DNA of 32,000 bases from Nanobdellota archaeon (GTDB taxonomy: Archaea > Nanobdellota > Nanobdellia > Nanobdellales > Nanobdellaceae). The stretch covers positions 60,001 through 92,000 of the forward strand of contig AP031373.1 of NCBI GenBank assembly GCA_042850255.1, given 5' to 3'. Positions within the stretch are counted from its first letter, which is position 1. Each line of letters opens with the position of its first letter. Under the pieces are notes generated by a model, which had not been told where the DNA came from, searched no databases, and worked only from the letters and a program-made list of their open reading frames with translations. Position numbers and translations under genes: made by a program. This document shows, one piece after another, positions 7,917-16,334 of the stretch.

Positions 7917-9053
7917 AAAATCCAATATAGTTTGTTTTAGTATATTACTATATTTTTTAACTCTATAATATGAAATATTATATTTTGTATGGAATTTATT
8001 ATTTATATAATCAACAAATTCATTATAATTATTAAACTTTTCTATCATATTATTTAACATATATTTTGTACCTTCTCTTACAACCCAAACTCCCAAAGGT
8101 ATTTTATAATTGGGAGTAACAAATCTAAAAACAACTAAATCTCCTTTTAATTTATAATTCTTCATAAACTCTGCAAATGATAATCTTAAGGCATAATATC
8201 CACCAGAAGTATCATCTCTTCCAATTATATAATATTTTCCATGTAAATTATATATAGAACCAGGAATTAATGTTTCTATTAATTCTACATTTCCATTTCC
8301 AGGTAATAATATTCCATAAAAATCATTGCCATATAAAGAATAATAAAATAAATAATATTTATCAACTTTTTCTATTTTATCTTTTATTTCTTCCTTTATT
8401 TTCTTCTCTATAATACTATGTACTGCTGTAATGGACCATTTACTTGGAACTAGCCTCTTATTTATTTTATATCCAAAAAATCCTATAGAAAATAACCTAG
8501 AAATATAATAATCTGACATACCTTCTTTATATAAATAATAAACAGAATCTTCAGATTTCATATCATTGATTTTATATATTTCATTTGGTATCTTTGGATT
8601 TTCATTTACTTTAATATTATCAAATATACCAGAATATCCGTAATATCCAATTATTTTAGACATACTACCATTTTCTATTATTTTCTTTAGATACAATTCT
8701 ATATTTATAGATTTCGTTGATAGCATTGCTTCTAATATATTTTCATATAATCTATCATTCTTTTTTGGCAAATTTACTTCAACTATTCTTTTAGCATTTA
8801 TCAAACTAACCCTACTTTTTATTATTTCTTCTTCAGGTATATTGTATCTTGCCCAAAATGTCGGATTATCATATAAATATATATCATCAGAATAAGATGT
8901 TAAAACACCTAAAGAAACCTTAGGATAATTTATAGAGGTAATAAGATTTGATGGTGGAGTAAAACCAGTAATTTCTCTTTTTAATATTATTGATTTACCA
9001 TAAAGTTTTTTATATTTTTCCGCAAGCTTTTTTGCAGTCACTACATCAATCAT
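7908..9053 (-). CDS. nreA: NreA-like archaeal DNA repair protein (Nre_N/Nre_C, formerly DUF650/DUF651) with PIP-box-like C-terminus
   Basis: TPPSNLITSINYPKVSLGVL resembles the Nre_N motif (PPSvFVG..YP.V.vG). SGGYYALR...VVFRFVTPNYKIPLGVWVVREG resembles the Nre_C core. The C-terminal QTILDFLR is PIP-like. The call is from remembered family motifs only. Confidence 0.55.
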   Translation of the reverse strand: MIDVVTAKKLAEKYKKLYGKSIILKREITGFTPPSNLITSINYPKVSLGVLTSYSDDIYLYDNPTFWARYNIPEEEIIKSRVSLINAKRIVEVNLPKKNDRLYENILEAMLSTKSINIELYLKKIIENGSMSKIIGYYGYSGIFDNIKVNENPKIPNEIYKINDMKSEDSVYYLYKEGMSDYYISRLFSIGFFGYKINKRLVPSKWSITAVHSIIEKKIKEEIKDKIEKVDKYYLFYYSLYGNDFYGILLPGNGNVELIETLIPGSIYNLHGKYYIIGRDDTSGGYYALRLSFAEFMKNYKLKGDLVVFRFVTPNYKIPLGVWVVREGTKYMLNNMIEKFNNYNEFVDYINNKFHTKYNISYYRVKKYSNILKQTILDFLR

Positions 9054-9087
9054 TATTTTTTATTTTTTTCTTATATTATAAATCTTA

Positions 9088-9768
9088 ATGGATATAGTAA
9101 ATATTCCAACAAAATTTATAGTAAAAGATATAAAAAATTTAGATGAATTAAAAAAATATTTACCAAAAAAATTTGGATTAGCTTCAATTACACAATACAA
9201 GGATTATACTAAAAAAATATATGAAATATTGAAGGATGAATATGAAATTGTAATAAAAGAAGGATTATATGGAATAAATGTACTAGGATGCTATTCTGAA
9301 CCTGCAAATATAGATGTAGATACAATTTTATTAATCGGAAATGGAAAATTTCATGCAGAGAATATTATAAGAAAATTAAAAAAGAGAGTAATAGTATATG
9401 ACCCTATTTATGGGGAAATAAAAGTATATGAACCAGATTATAATTATGATAAGTTGGTAGAAATTTTATTACAGAAATTAAAAAATTCCAATAATATAGG
9501 AATAATATTATCAATAAAACCTGGCCAATATTATTATTTAGAAACGCTAAAAGTAAAAAATGAATTAGAAAAAATGGGGAAAAATGTATACTTATTTATA
9601 GGCGATACCATAGATTTCCTACAATTGTTAAATTTTCCATTTATAGAATTTTGGATATTTTCTGCATGTCCAAGAATAATAGATGATGTAATAGATAGTA
9701 ATATAAATGGAATAACAATAGATGTATTAATTAAAAATTTAGATAAGATTAGAAACATTAACTATTGA
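9088..9768 (+). CDS. dph2: Diphthamide biosynthesis radical-SAM enzyme Dph2, short form lacking the N-terminal domain
   Basis: Motifs LGCYSEP (Cys68), IGNGKFHA, SIKPGQ and FSACPRIIDD (Cys194) align to domains 2 and 3 of archaeal Dph2. It is only 226 aa versus about 330-340 aa. Confidence 0.7.
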   Translation: MDIVNIPTKFIVKDIKNLDELKKYLPKKFGLASITQYKDYTKKIYEILKDEYEIVIKEGLYGINVLGCYSEPANIDVDTILLIGNGKFHAENIIRKLKKRVIVYDPIYGEIKVYEPDYNYDKLVEILLQKLKNSNNIGIILSIKPGQYYYLETLKVKNELEKMGKNVYLFIGDTIDFLQLLNFPFIEFWIFSACPRIIDDVIDSNINGITIDVLIKNLDKIRNINY

Positions 9769-11748
9769 TTTTACGAACAAATATAATCCAATTGATGATA
9801 TAGTAGAAAATAATACAAATAATAGTGTATTTGTAACAAAATATTTTGATATACTATAATATAATGATAATCTATCACCACTATTTTCTATAGAATTTAG
9901 TGTATAAATTATTACCAATGCTATTAATTCATTAAATAATCCTATTATAATTAATAGAGTAGGAGGGGATATTAAATTATTTAAATTAAATAAATATAAT
10001 ATCATAGAAGGAATTGAATTTACATAAGATGAAAATGATGAAGATTGAGAATAAAATTGATTTATTTGCTGTATTTGGAATGATAAAGAATACAGTATTT
10101 CCACAACCATTATACTGACAGCACTAACTATTCCCAAAATTACTGGGGATAATATTCTTAACAAAGATTTTAATTGAGATATATCTTCAGCAACAAGATC
10201 TTTAATTCTTTCTTTGACTTTTGATAATAAAATAAAATATTTTGAAATAACTGCAGTTACTGAAGAAGCTTCGATAGATGATACCTTACTTGATTCATAT
10301 AAAATTTCCATGGATGCTTTTAGTTGAGGAGATGGAACTTCCATAATTGCACCTACTCTAGGATTAAATATTGAATCATAAAAAGGTAGACCAGATCTCA
10401 AATTTTGATACATTTTAGATATAAATTTTCCTAAAGGACTATATTTATATTTTGGATATACATATAACATCGCCTTTTCTAATGGATAACCTTCATTTAA
10501 AGCATTACCAATAGATAATAAAAAAGATGTTAAATCTCCTTCTATTTTATTCATATCTTTATACAGGTCCTTAAAGTTACTGTAATAAATAAAAGATCCA
10601 AATCCTATTGTTAATCCTATCAATAGTATAAATACTTCAGATAATAATATACCAGATAATTGATAATTTGCTATAAACCTTAAAACAATTAAAGCTATTA
10701 TAAAAAATAAAAATATTGCAAAAAATAATGCAGATATAACTGCTATAACCTTTCTTCTTACATTTTTAGTTTTAAGGTAATATAAATAATATACATCATC
10801 TTGTTCAAATATATTCAATATTTTTGTAGAAATAGAATAATTTATCAAAAAATATGATAACAAGGGAATCATTATATCAAATATTATAAATAAATAAATT
10901 GGTGGGAATAAATTAGATAAAAATATAGAAGCCAAAGGAAATACAGTTAATAACATAACTGGCAAAGTTATTCCTAACATGCTAATAAGATTTACAGTAG
11001 ATCTTATTTCTCTAGAAAAATTATATAATTCATTGACTAATTCATCCAAAGTATCTTCCATAGCCTTATCTATTTGATAATTTCTCCTATCTTTATCAGG
11101 ATCAAATAATGCACTTTCTATAAGCATTATACCCAAATAAAAGAATTTTGCTTCATTTTCCCATAATTTTGCATATTCTAATAAAGCTTCTGAAGCAGAT
11201 ATATATTTTCTATTATATATATCTCTTAGTAATCTTAATAGATCTATTTTTAATGGTAAACCTATATTTCTAGCAGCATATATCAAAGCTTGTTCTATGT
11301 TTGGATTTTGTCTAAGTTTAATTGCTATTAAAATTAAAAATTGTATTAATTGTGATTTTTTCCTTGTTTTTATAGTATAATATAGAATTACATAGTAATA
11401 GCCAACAAATATATATACAAGTATTCCAATAAGCATAAAGAAAAGTATATATAAAGGAGAAATTAATATAGATAAAAATATTCCAAATAAGATAGTTATG
11501 ATTGTTAAAAAGATAGATGCTGAAGATATTTCATCTATATCAACATTCAACAATAATTCAGAATTTATTCTTTCGAATTCTAATCTTTTTTTATTACTAC
11601 TTTTGACTTTTATAATTTTTCCAAATGATCTTACTATTTTTTCATAAAATCTTACCTTTTCTCCCAAATATAGGTATTTATAAAAATTTATTTGTCTTTC
11701 TATATCTCCTATATTTAGTTCTTTTACTTCAGTTTCTGGTATATCCAT
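9739..11748 (-). CDS. Type IV filament assembly platform protein (FlaJ/TadC/PilC-like, two T2SSF-like modules), 669 aa
   Basis: Polytopic protein with two cytoplasmic helical modules, each followed by TM clusters (the FlaJ/TadC pattern). Its start overlaps the stop of the upstream secretion ATPase by 25 nt. Confidence 0.65.
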   Translation of the reverse strand: MDIPETEVKELNIGDIERQINFYKYLYLGEKVRFYEKIVRSFGKIIKVKSSNKKRLEFERINSELLLNVDIDEISSASIFLTIITILFGIFLSILISPLYILFFMLIGILVYIFVGYYYVILYYTIKTRKKSQLIQFLILIAIKLRQNPNIEQALIYAARNIGLPLKIDLLRLLRDIYNRKYISASEALLEYAKLWENEAKFFYLGIMLIESALFDPDKDRRNYQIDKAMEDTLDELVNELYNFSREIRSTVNLISMLGITLPVMLLTVFPLASIFLSNLFPPIYLFIIFDIMIPLLSYFLINYSISTKILNIFEQDDVYYLYYLKTKNVRRKVIAVISALFFAIFLFFIIALIVLRFIANYQLSGILLSEVFILLIGLTIGFGSFIYYSNFKDLYKDMNKIEGDLTSFLLSIGNALNEGYPLEKAMLYVYPKYKYSPLGKFISKMYQNLRSGLPFYDSIFNPRVGAIMEVPSPQLKASMEILYESSKVSSIEASSVTAVISKYFILLSKVKERIKDLVAEDISQLKSLLRILSPVILGIVSAVSIMVVEILYSLSFQIQQINQFYSQSSSFSSYVNSIPSMILYLFNLNNLISPPTLLIIIGLFNELIALVIIYTLNSIENSGDRLSLYYSISKYFVTNTLLFVLFSTISSIGLYLFVKSIVNVSNLI

Positions 11749-13967
11749 TTTTTTAAATTATCTAGTATAAATTCTTTCTCTATTTCATCATACTCTTTAA
11801 TACTTTTATCTACAAATTGATAAAATACTTCATTATATTGAGAAACAAATTCTGATTCTAATATATCTCTCCTATTTTTTTCTTTTGCAATATCTACTAA
11901 TAATTTTTTAGATAATCCTATAGTTTCAACCATATTCCAAATTCCTTCCCATGATTTTGATAGATATCTGACTCTAGATGCTACTGCTTTCAAGATATCT
12001 GAATCTCCATTAGTTAATTCCAAAGTAGGTTCTAAATTATCTTTTTCAGGATCATAAATCATTAAATCTACAAATCCTCTTTCCCTTAATGGATCATTTT
12101 CCCATAATTTTCTTACTTCAGTTATCCTTAATACTCTTCTATATCTCTTTAATCCAGAAGGTTCCCTTATTGGATTTACTATAACTATTATATCTGTAGC
12201 CTTAAAAGATGTTTTTGGTACTCCCAAATCATTTACAACTCTATCATATACACCATAAGGACTTTCTGCATGAATAGTACCCATTACAGCATTTGCCATT
12301 GCTCCAATTCTCATAGCTTCATATAAAGTTTGAGCTTCTTTTGATCTAACTTCTCCGACTATTATTGCACTATCTCCCATTCTTAATGATACCCTTAACC
12401 CTTCTTCAGCAGATAATTCTGCAGATTTTAAAGAAAAGGGACTTCTTACCTTCATAGGTACTATATTATAACCTAAAGATCTGAAGTAATCAGCAGGTAT
12501 TTCTAATGTATCTTCTACAGTTATCATTCTAACTTTTTTTGGCAATTCTAACATTAAAGCTGTTAATAAAGAGGTTTTTCCAGATCCTCTAGTTCCAGCA
12601 ATTAATAATGTCCTTCCATTTGCTACTAAAAAAGATAATAAACCTGCAGCCAGATAATTTAACATTTTATTGTCTATAAACAATGGTAATGTCCATGGTT
12701 TACTTCTGTGTCTTCTAAATATATATGCTATTCCAAAAGCAGATAATGGAGGAGATAAGGCAGCAACTCTTAATGATATATTCTTTCCTATTAATAAATC
12801 TGTATCTAAAACAGGATTTGCCTCATCAAAAGGTCTTCCTGAAATTAACCTTAATTTAGTCGCCCATGATTCAATTTCTCTTCTAGTTGGAGTTACATTT
12901 GTAACACACATTTCATAATCAGAATGCTGTAATGATACAGGAGTAATTCCTGCTGGAGGATTTACAAATAAATCTTCTAATCTTTCATCCAAAACAATTT
13001 TTTCTATTATTCCAAATCCTATAGTATATCTTATTATTATATTTTTTAATATATCATATCTATCTTTATCCAAATTAATATTATACAATGATGTTAATTT
13101 AGATATTATATTATTCAATAAGTTTTCATATATTTCTCTTAATCTATCCACATCCAAGTAATCTTCTCTTCTTGGTTCATACTGTTGCAATATTTCTATT
13201 GCTTTATGGGCTAAGAAAGTCTCTTCTGAAAAAATTTTATATTCTTCTGGGAATATATAATACCTAAAAACTGTTTCTTCAGGATTTTTTAATATAAATA
13301 CTTCAGTATATTTATCTAATCTATAAGATTCTATTACATTATAATTTTCTTCTATTTTACTTATATATTTTGTATCTATAAATTTTGGCTTTATATCCCC
13401 TAAAAATAATCTTCTATATATTTCCCTATTTCCGATTTCATATCCTGTTATAAAAGGTCTTATATATTTATAGAAATACATAGATTGAAATTTTATTAAG
13501 AAATTATCTAGAAGGGATATTATATCTGATATTTGTTTTTCTAAATCTTTATTATTCTTTAATATTGATAGTAACTTTCTCTTCATTCTTCTTATATATA
13601 CATATGTACCAATTGGATCTCTCAAATAATTTTTATCTAAAGCATTTATTATATCTTTTATTTCTGAATATAAAACATGATTAGTTATTAAATATTGATA
13701 ATATGCTTTTACATTTTCTCTTATACTCAAATAAACATCTAAAAAAGATAATAGTATTTTTATAGTATCTTCATAATAAGATATATTTTCATCTTGTTCT
13801 ATTAATATAGTATTTACAGAAGGATCATTCATTAATATATTAAATACAAATTCCATAATATTTGGATCGTCTTCAATTGTTGCAATATTTTGATAATTTT
13901 TAGCATTAATATATAAGATTCTTTCTTTTCCATCTCTCTTTATTTCATACTGAAGATTTTGATTCAT
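11724..13967 (-). CDS. Type II/IV secretion-family ATPase (FlaI/PilB/VirB11-like) with long N-terminal extension, 747 aa
   Basis: Walker A AGTRGSGKTS (residues about 457-466), Asp box ITVEDTLE, Walker B IIVGEVRSKEA and His box GTIHA. The N-terminal-domain motif GFGIIEKIVLDERLEDLFVN sits at about 317-336. Confidence 0.88.
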   Translation of the reverse strand: MNQNLQYEIKRDGKERILYINAKNYQNIATIEDDPNIMEFVFNILMNDPSVNTILIEQDENISYYEDTIKILLSFLDVYLSIRENVKAYYQYLITNHVLYSEIKDIINALDKNYLRDPIGTYVYIRRMKRKLLSILKNNKDLEKQISDIISLLDNFLIKFQSMYFYKYIRPFITGYEIGNREIYRRLFLGDIKPKFIDTKYISKIEENYNVIESYRLDKYTEVFILKNPEETVFRYYIFPEEYKIFSEETFLAHKAIEILQQYEPRREDYLDVDRLREIYENLLNNIISKLTSLYNINLDKDRYDILKNIIIRYTIGFGIIEKIVLDERLEDLFVNPPAGITPVSLQHSDYEMCVTNVTPTRREIESWATKLRLISGRPFDEANPVLDTDLLIGKNISLRVAALSPPLSAFGIAYIFRRHRSKPWTLPLFIDNKMLNYLAAGLLSFLVANGRTLLIAGTRGSGKTSLLTALMLELPKKVRMITVEDTLEIPADYFRSLGYNIVPMKVRSPFSLKSAELSAEEGLRVSLRMGDSAIIVGEVRSKEAQTLYEAMRIGAMANAVMGTIHAESPYGVYDRVVNDLGVPKTSFKATDIIVIVNPIREPSGLKRYRRVLRITEVRKLWENDPLRERGFVDLMIYDPEKDNLEPTLELTNGDSDILKAVASRVRYLSKSWEGIWNMVETIGLSKKLLVDIAKEKNRRDILESEFVSQYNEVFYQFVDKSIKEYDEIEKEFILDNLKKWIYQKLK

Positions 13968-14006
13968 CTAATAAAATTAATATATTGCAGAATATTATAA
14001 ATCTAT

Positions 14007-14366
14007 ATGCCAGACACAGATATTTTAAGAAGACTAAAATATATTGAAGAGAAAATATCAATGTTCAATAATATTATACAAACTATAGATCTAACGACAA
14101 GAAATTCTGTAGAAGATATGAAAAAAGAAATAGAAGAAATAAGACAAGAAATAAAAGAAATTAAAGATGAAGTTAGTAATTTAGAAATTAAGGTAAAAGC
14201 TATAACAGATCAATTATCATTATTTGCTACAGTAGATCAAGTAAAAACTATAAGTTCAATAATAGATTATATTAATCCCTTTGATTTTGTTACTAAAAAA
14301 GAAGTAGAAAAAATTGTTAAAGAAAAGATAATGGAATACTTAGACAATCTTTACAACAATAAATAA
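14007..14366 (+). CDS. Coiled-coil protein, unknown function (paralog of the C-terminal half of 14401..15105)
   Basis: 119 aa with heptad-rich sequence. EIKEIKDEVSNLEIKVKAITDQL resembles LTEIKDEITQIKVWKEKIDYLVNRL in the next gene. It is divergent from the ATPase operon. Confidence 0.5.
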   Translation: MPDTDILRRLKYIEEKISMFNNIIQTIDLTTRNSVEDMKKEIEEIRQEIKEIKDEVSNLEIKVKAITDQLSLFATVDQVKTISSIIDYINPFDFVTKKEVEKIVKEKIMEYLDNLYNNK

Positions 14367-14369
14367 AAA

Positions 14370-14377
14370 TTTATATA
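14370..14377 (+). promoter_or_regulatory. TATA-box-like TTTATATA about 27 nt upstream of ATG 14401
   Basis: Consensus-like motif with the same spacing as other starts in this window. Confidence 0.4.
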
Positions 14378-14400
14378 TTTTCAAATTTTTTATATAAGAT

Positions 14401-15105
14401 ATGAAAGGTGTACTTGGATTATTCGGAGGTAAAAAGAAACAACAGCAACAAAATGCTTTAGATCAGAATCAAGATATCCCACCACTATTTCAGGATTTAA
14501 ATAATCAAAATATTTTTGGCCAGCAAAATCAGGGTTTTGATTTAGGAAATAATTTCTTATCTCAACCTCAACAACCTCAACCACAATTTTTTAATCAACA
14601 ACAACCTATGTTTCAACAAAATACTAATCAACAGATGTTCCAACCTTTACCACCCTCACCTCAACCTCAACCACAATTTTTTAATCAACAACAACCTATG
14701 TTTCAACAACCAGCACCTCAACCTCAGACTAGCGAAACTTCTAAAATTGATTCAAAATTAGAAGAATATATAAATACCTCTATAGAGAATACTTTAGAAG
14801 AAAAGCTAACAGAGATAAAAGATGAAATTACTCAAATAAAGGTTTGGAAAGAAAAAATAGATTATTTAGTTAATAGATTACAAGATCAAATAGACAAATT
14901 AGATGGAAAGATTCAAGAAATAAATAATATGGCAACTAAAAAATTAGAAGAATATGACAAAAATATGCAGGAAACTTCTACAGAAATACAAGCTCTTCAC
15001 AGATTAATAAGAACTATGATACCTGCTATTTCTGAATCTACAAAAGAATTAAAAGAAACTATAGATGAACTAAAATCTTTAAGAGATTATATGAAAAAAC
15101 CATAA
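14401..15105 (+). CDS. Protein with N-terminal amphipathic/basic tag, Q/P/F-rich low-complexity arm and C-terminal coiled coil; unknown function
   Basis: MKGVLGLFGGKKK is followed by about 95 aa rich in Q, P, N and F, with (PQPQFFNQQQPMFQQ) x2. Then come about 125 aa of heptad-rich sequence (KLTEIKDEITQIKVWKEKIDYLVNRLQDQIDKLDGKIQE...). Confidence 0.6.
   Translation: MKGVLGLFGGKKKQQQQNALDQNQDIPPLFQDLNNQNIFGQQNQGFDLGNNFLSQPQQPQPQFFNQQQPMFQQNTNQQMFQPLPPSPQPQPQFFNQQQPMFQQPAPQPQTSETSKIDSKLEEYINTSIENTLEEKLTEIKDEITQIKVWKEKIDYLVNRLQDQIDKLDGKIQEINNMATKKLEEYDKNMQETSTEIQALHRLIRTMIPAISESTKELKETIDELKSLRDYMKKP
14572..14709 (+). repeat. 48-bp exact direct repeat (14572-14619 = 14662-14709), 90-bp period, inside the Q/P-rich arm
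   Basis: caacctcaaccacaattttttaatcaacaacaacctatgtttcaacaa occurs twice. The flanking bases differ. Confidence 0.9.
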
Positions 15106-15135
15106 ATTTTTTAATTTTTTTACTAATTCTTATTA

Positions 15136-15537
15136 ATGGATAAAAATAAGGAAATAATAGTAATTGTTATAGTACTAGCTGGATTATTATTAGGAGGATT
15201 TATTGTAGCTCCTTTCTTATATCCTCTAACAGGAAATCAAAATATTAATTTAAATCAAAATCAAATTTATCAAATATCTCAAATTGCACAGTATTGCCAA
15301 TCTTTATGTTATTATGCTAAATATAACTTATCAATACAAAATTTATCTAATTCTTGTCTTTCTTCTAAAAATTCTATATTATATGGTTATTGGAGCTCTG
15401 CAGGACTACAATCATGGGGATGTGAAGTATCAGAAAATAATGTTAATCTATGTAATATAAATAATTATATAGTATTGGATAATAATTGTAATGTTATAGG
15501 AGTTTACTATAATAATCAGCAAATTAATATAACATGA
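15136..15537 (+). CDS. N-terminally anchored small Cys-rich extracellular protein with N-x-S/T sequons; unknown function
   Basis: 133 aa. One N-terminal TM helix (IIVIVIVLAGLLLGGFIVAPF) is followed by a domain with 7 Cys and several N-x-S/T sites. Its stop overlaps the TatD start (ATGA). Confidence 0.5.
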   Translation: MDKNKEIIVIVIVLAGLLLGGFIVAPFLYPLTGNQNINLNQNQIYQISQIAQYCQSLCYYAKYNLSIQNLSNSCLSSKNSILYGYWSSAGLQSWGCEVSENNVNLCNINNYIVLDNNCNVIGVYYNNQQINIT

Positions 15538-16265
15538 AAATAATCGATGCCCATTGTCATTTATATAAATTCAGTAATTTAGAAATAAAGAGAATATTAA
15601 ATAAATATAATAATGATATAATAATATTATCTGTATCTGAAGATATAGAATCTTCTATAAAAAATTTAACATTAGGAAAATTATATGAAAATATTATTCC
15701 TACCATAGGAATTCATCCTTGGAATATAGAAAATGTAAGGGAAAAAGATATAGAAATTTTAGAAAAAATAGTAAAAGATGAGAAAATAAAAATATTGGGA
15801 GAAGTAGGATTGGATAAAAAATTTAAACCAGAAACTTTTGATAAACAAAAAGAATTTTTTGAGAAAATTCTTAATATAGCAAAGGAATATGATCTTTCAT
15901 TAAATATACATTCCCCAAATGCATCAGAAGATGTATTTAATCTTTTGTTAAAATATGATATAAAGAAAGCTTATTTCCATTGGTATAGTGGAGATGAAAA
16001 ATTATTGAAAGAAATAGAAGAAAAAGGATATTTAATAGGTATAAATGTAGCAACTATAATAAATAAAAAATATGAAAAATATATAGAAATATCAAAAATT
16101 GATAATATAATAACAGAATCTGATGGTTTATATGAATATAAGGGTATTATATTACATCCTGATATGTTAGAAGATTTGTATAAGATTATATCAAAAATAA
16201 AAAATATTGATATTCATGATCTTTCTAATAGAATTTTACATAATTTTACCAAGTTATTGTATTAA
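15534..16265 (+). CDS. TatD-family metal-dependent hydrolase/nuclease (paralog 1)
   Basis: N-terminal IIDAHCHL, then GIHPW, GEVGLDKKF, NIHSP and ESDG motifs of the TatD amidohydrolase fold. Confidence 0.8.
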   Translation: MKIIDAHCHLYKFSNLEIKRILNKYNNDIIILSVSEDIESSIKNLTLGKLYENIIPTIGIHPWNIENVREKDIEILEKIVKDEKIKILGEVGLDKKFKPETFDKQKEFFEKILNIAKEYDLSLNIHSPNASEDVFNLLLKYDIKKAYFHWYSGDEKLLKEIEEKGYLIGINVATIINKKYEKYIEISKIDNIITESDGLYEYKGIILHPDMLEDLYKIISKIKNIDIHDLSNRILHNFTKLLY

Positions 16266-16271
16266 TTTCAG

Positions 16272-16334
16272 GTTAAATTCATTTAACGTTAAATTAATAT
16301 TTATAAATTTTGACATAGTTAATTATTAACGTTA
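16272..16334. promoter_or_regulatory. Candidate operator pair: 14-bp perfect palindrome ATTTAACGTTAAAT (16281-16294) and second TTAACGTTA (16326-16334) bracketing TATA-like TTTATAAA (16300-16307)
   Basis: Read directly. GTTAAAT (16272-78), ATTTAAC (16281-87) and GTTAAT-type GTTAAAT (16288-94) are present. The shared 9-mer TTAACGTTA recurs 43 bp downstream. CG is otherwise rare in intergenic DNA here. Confidence 0.4.
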
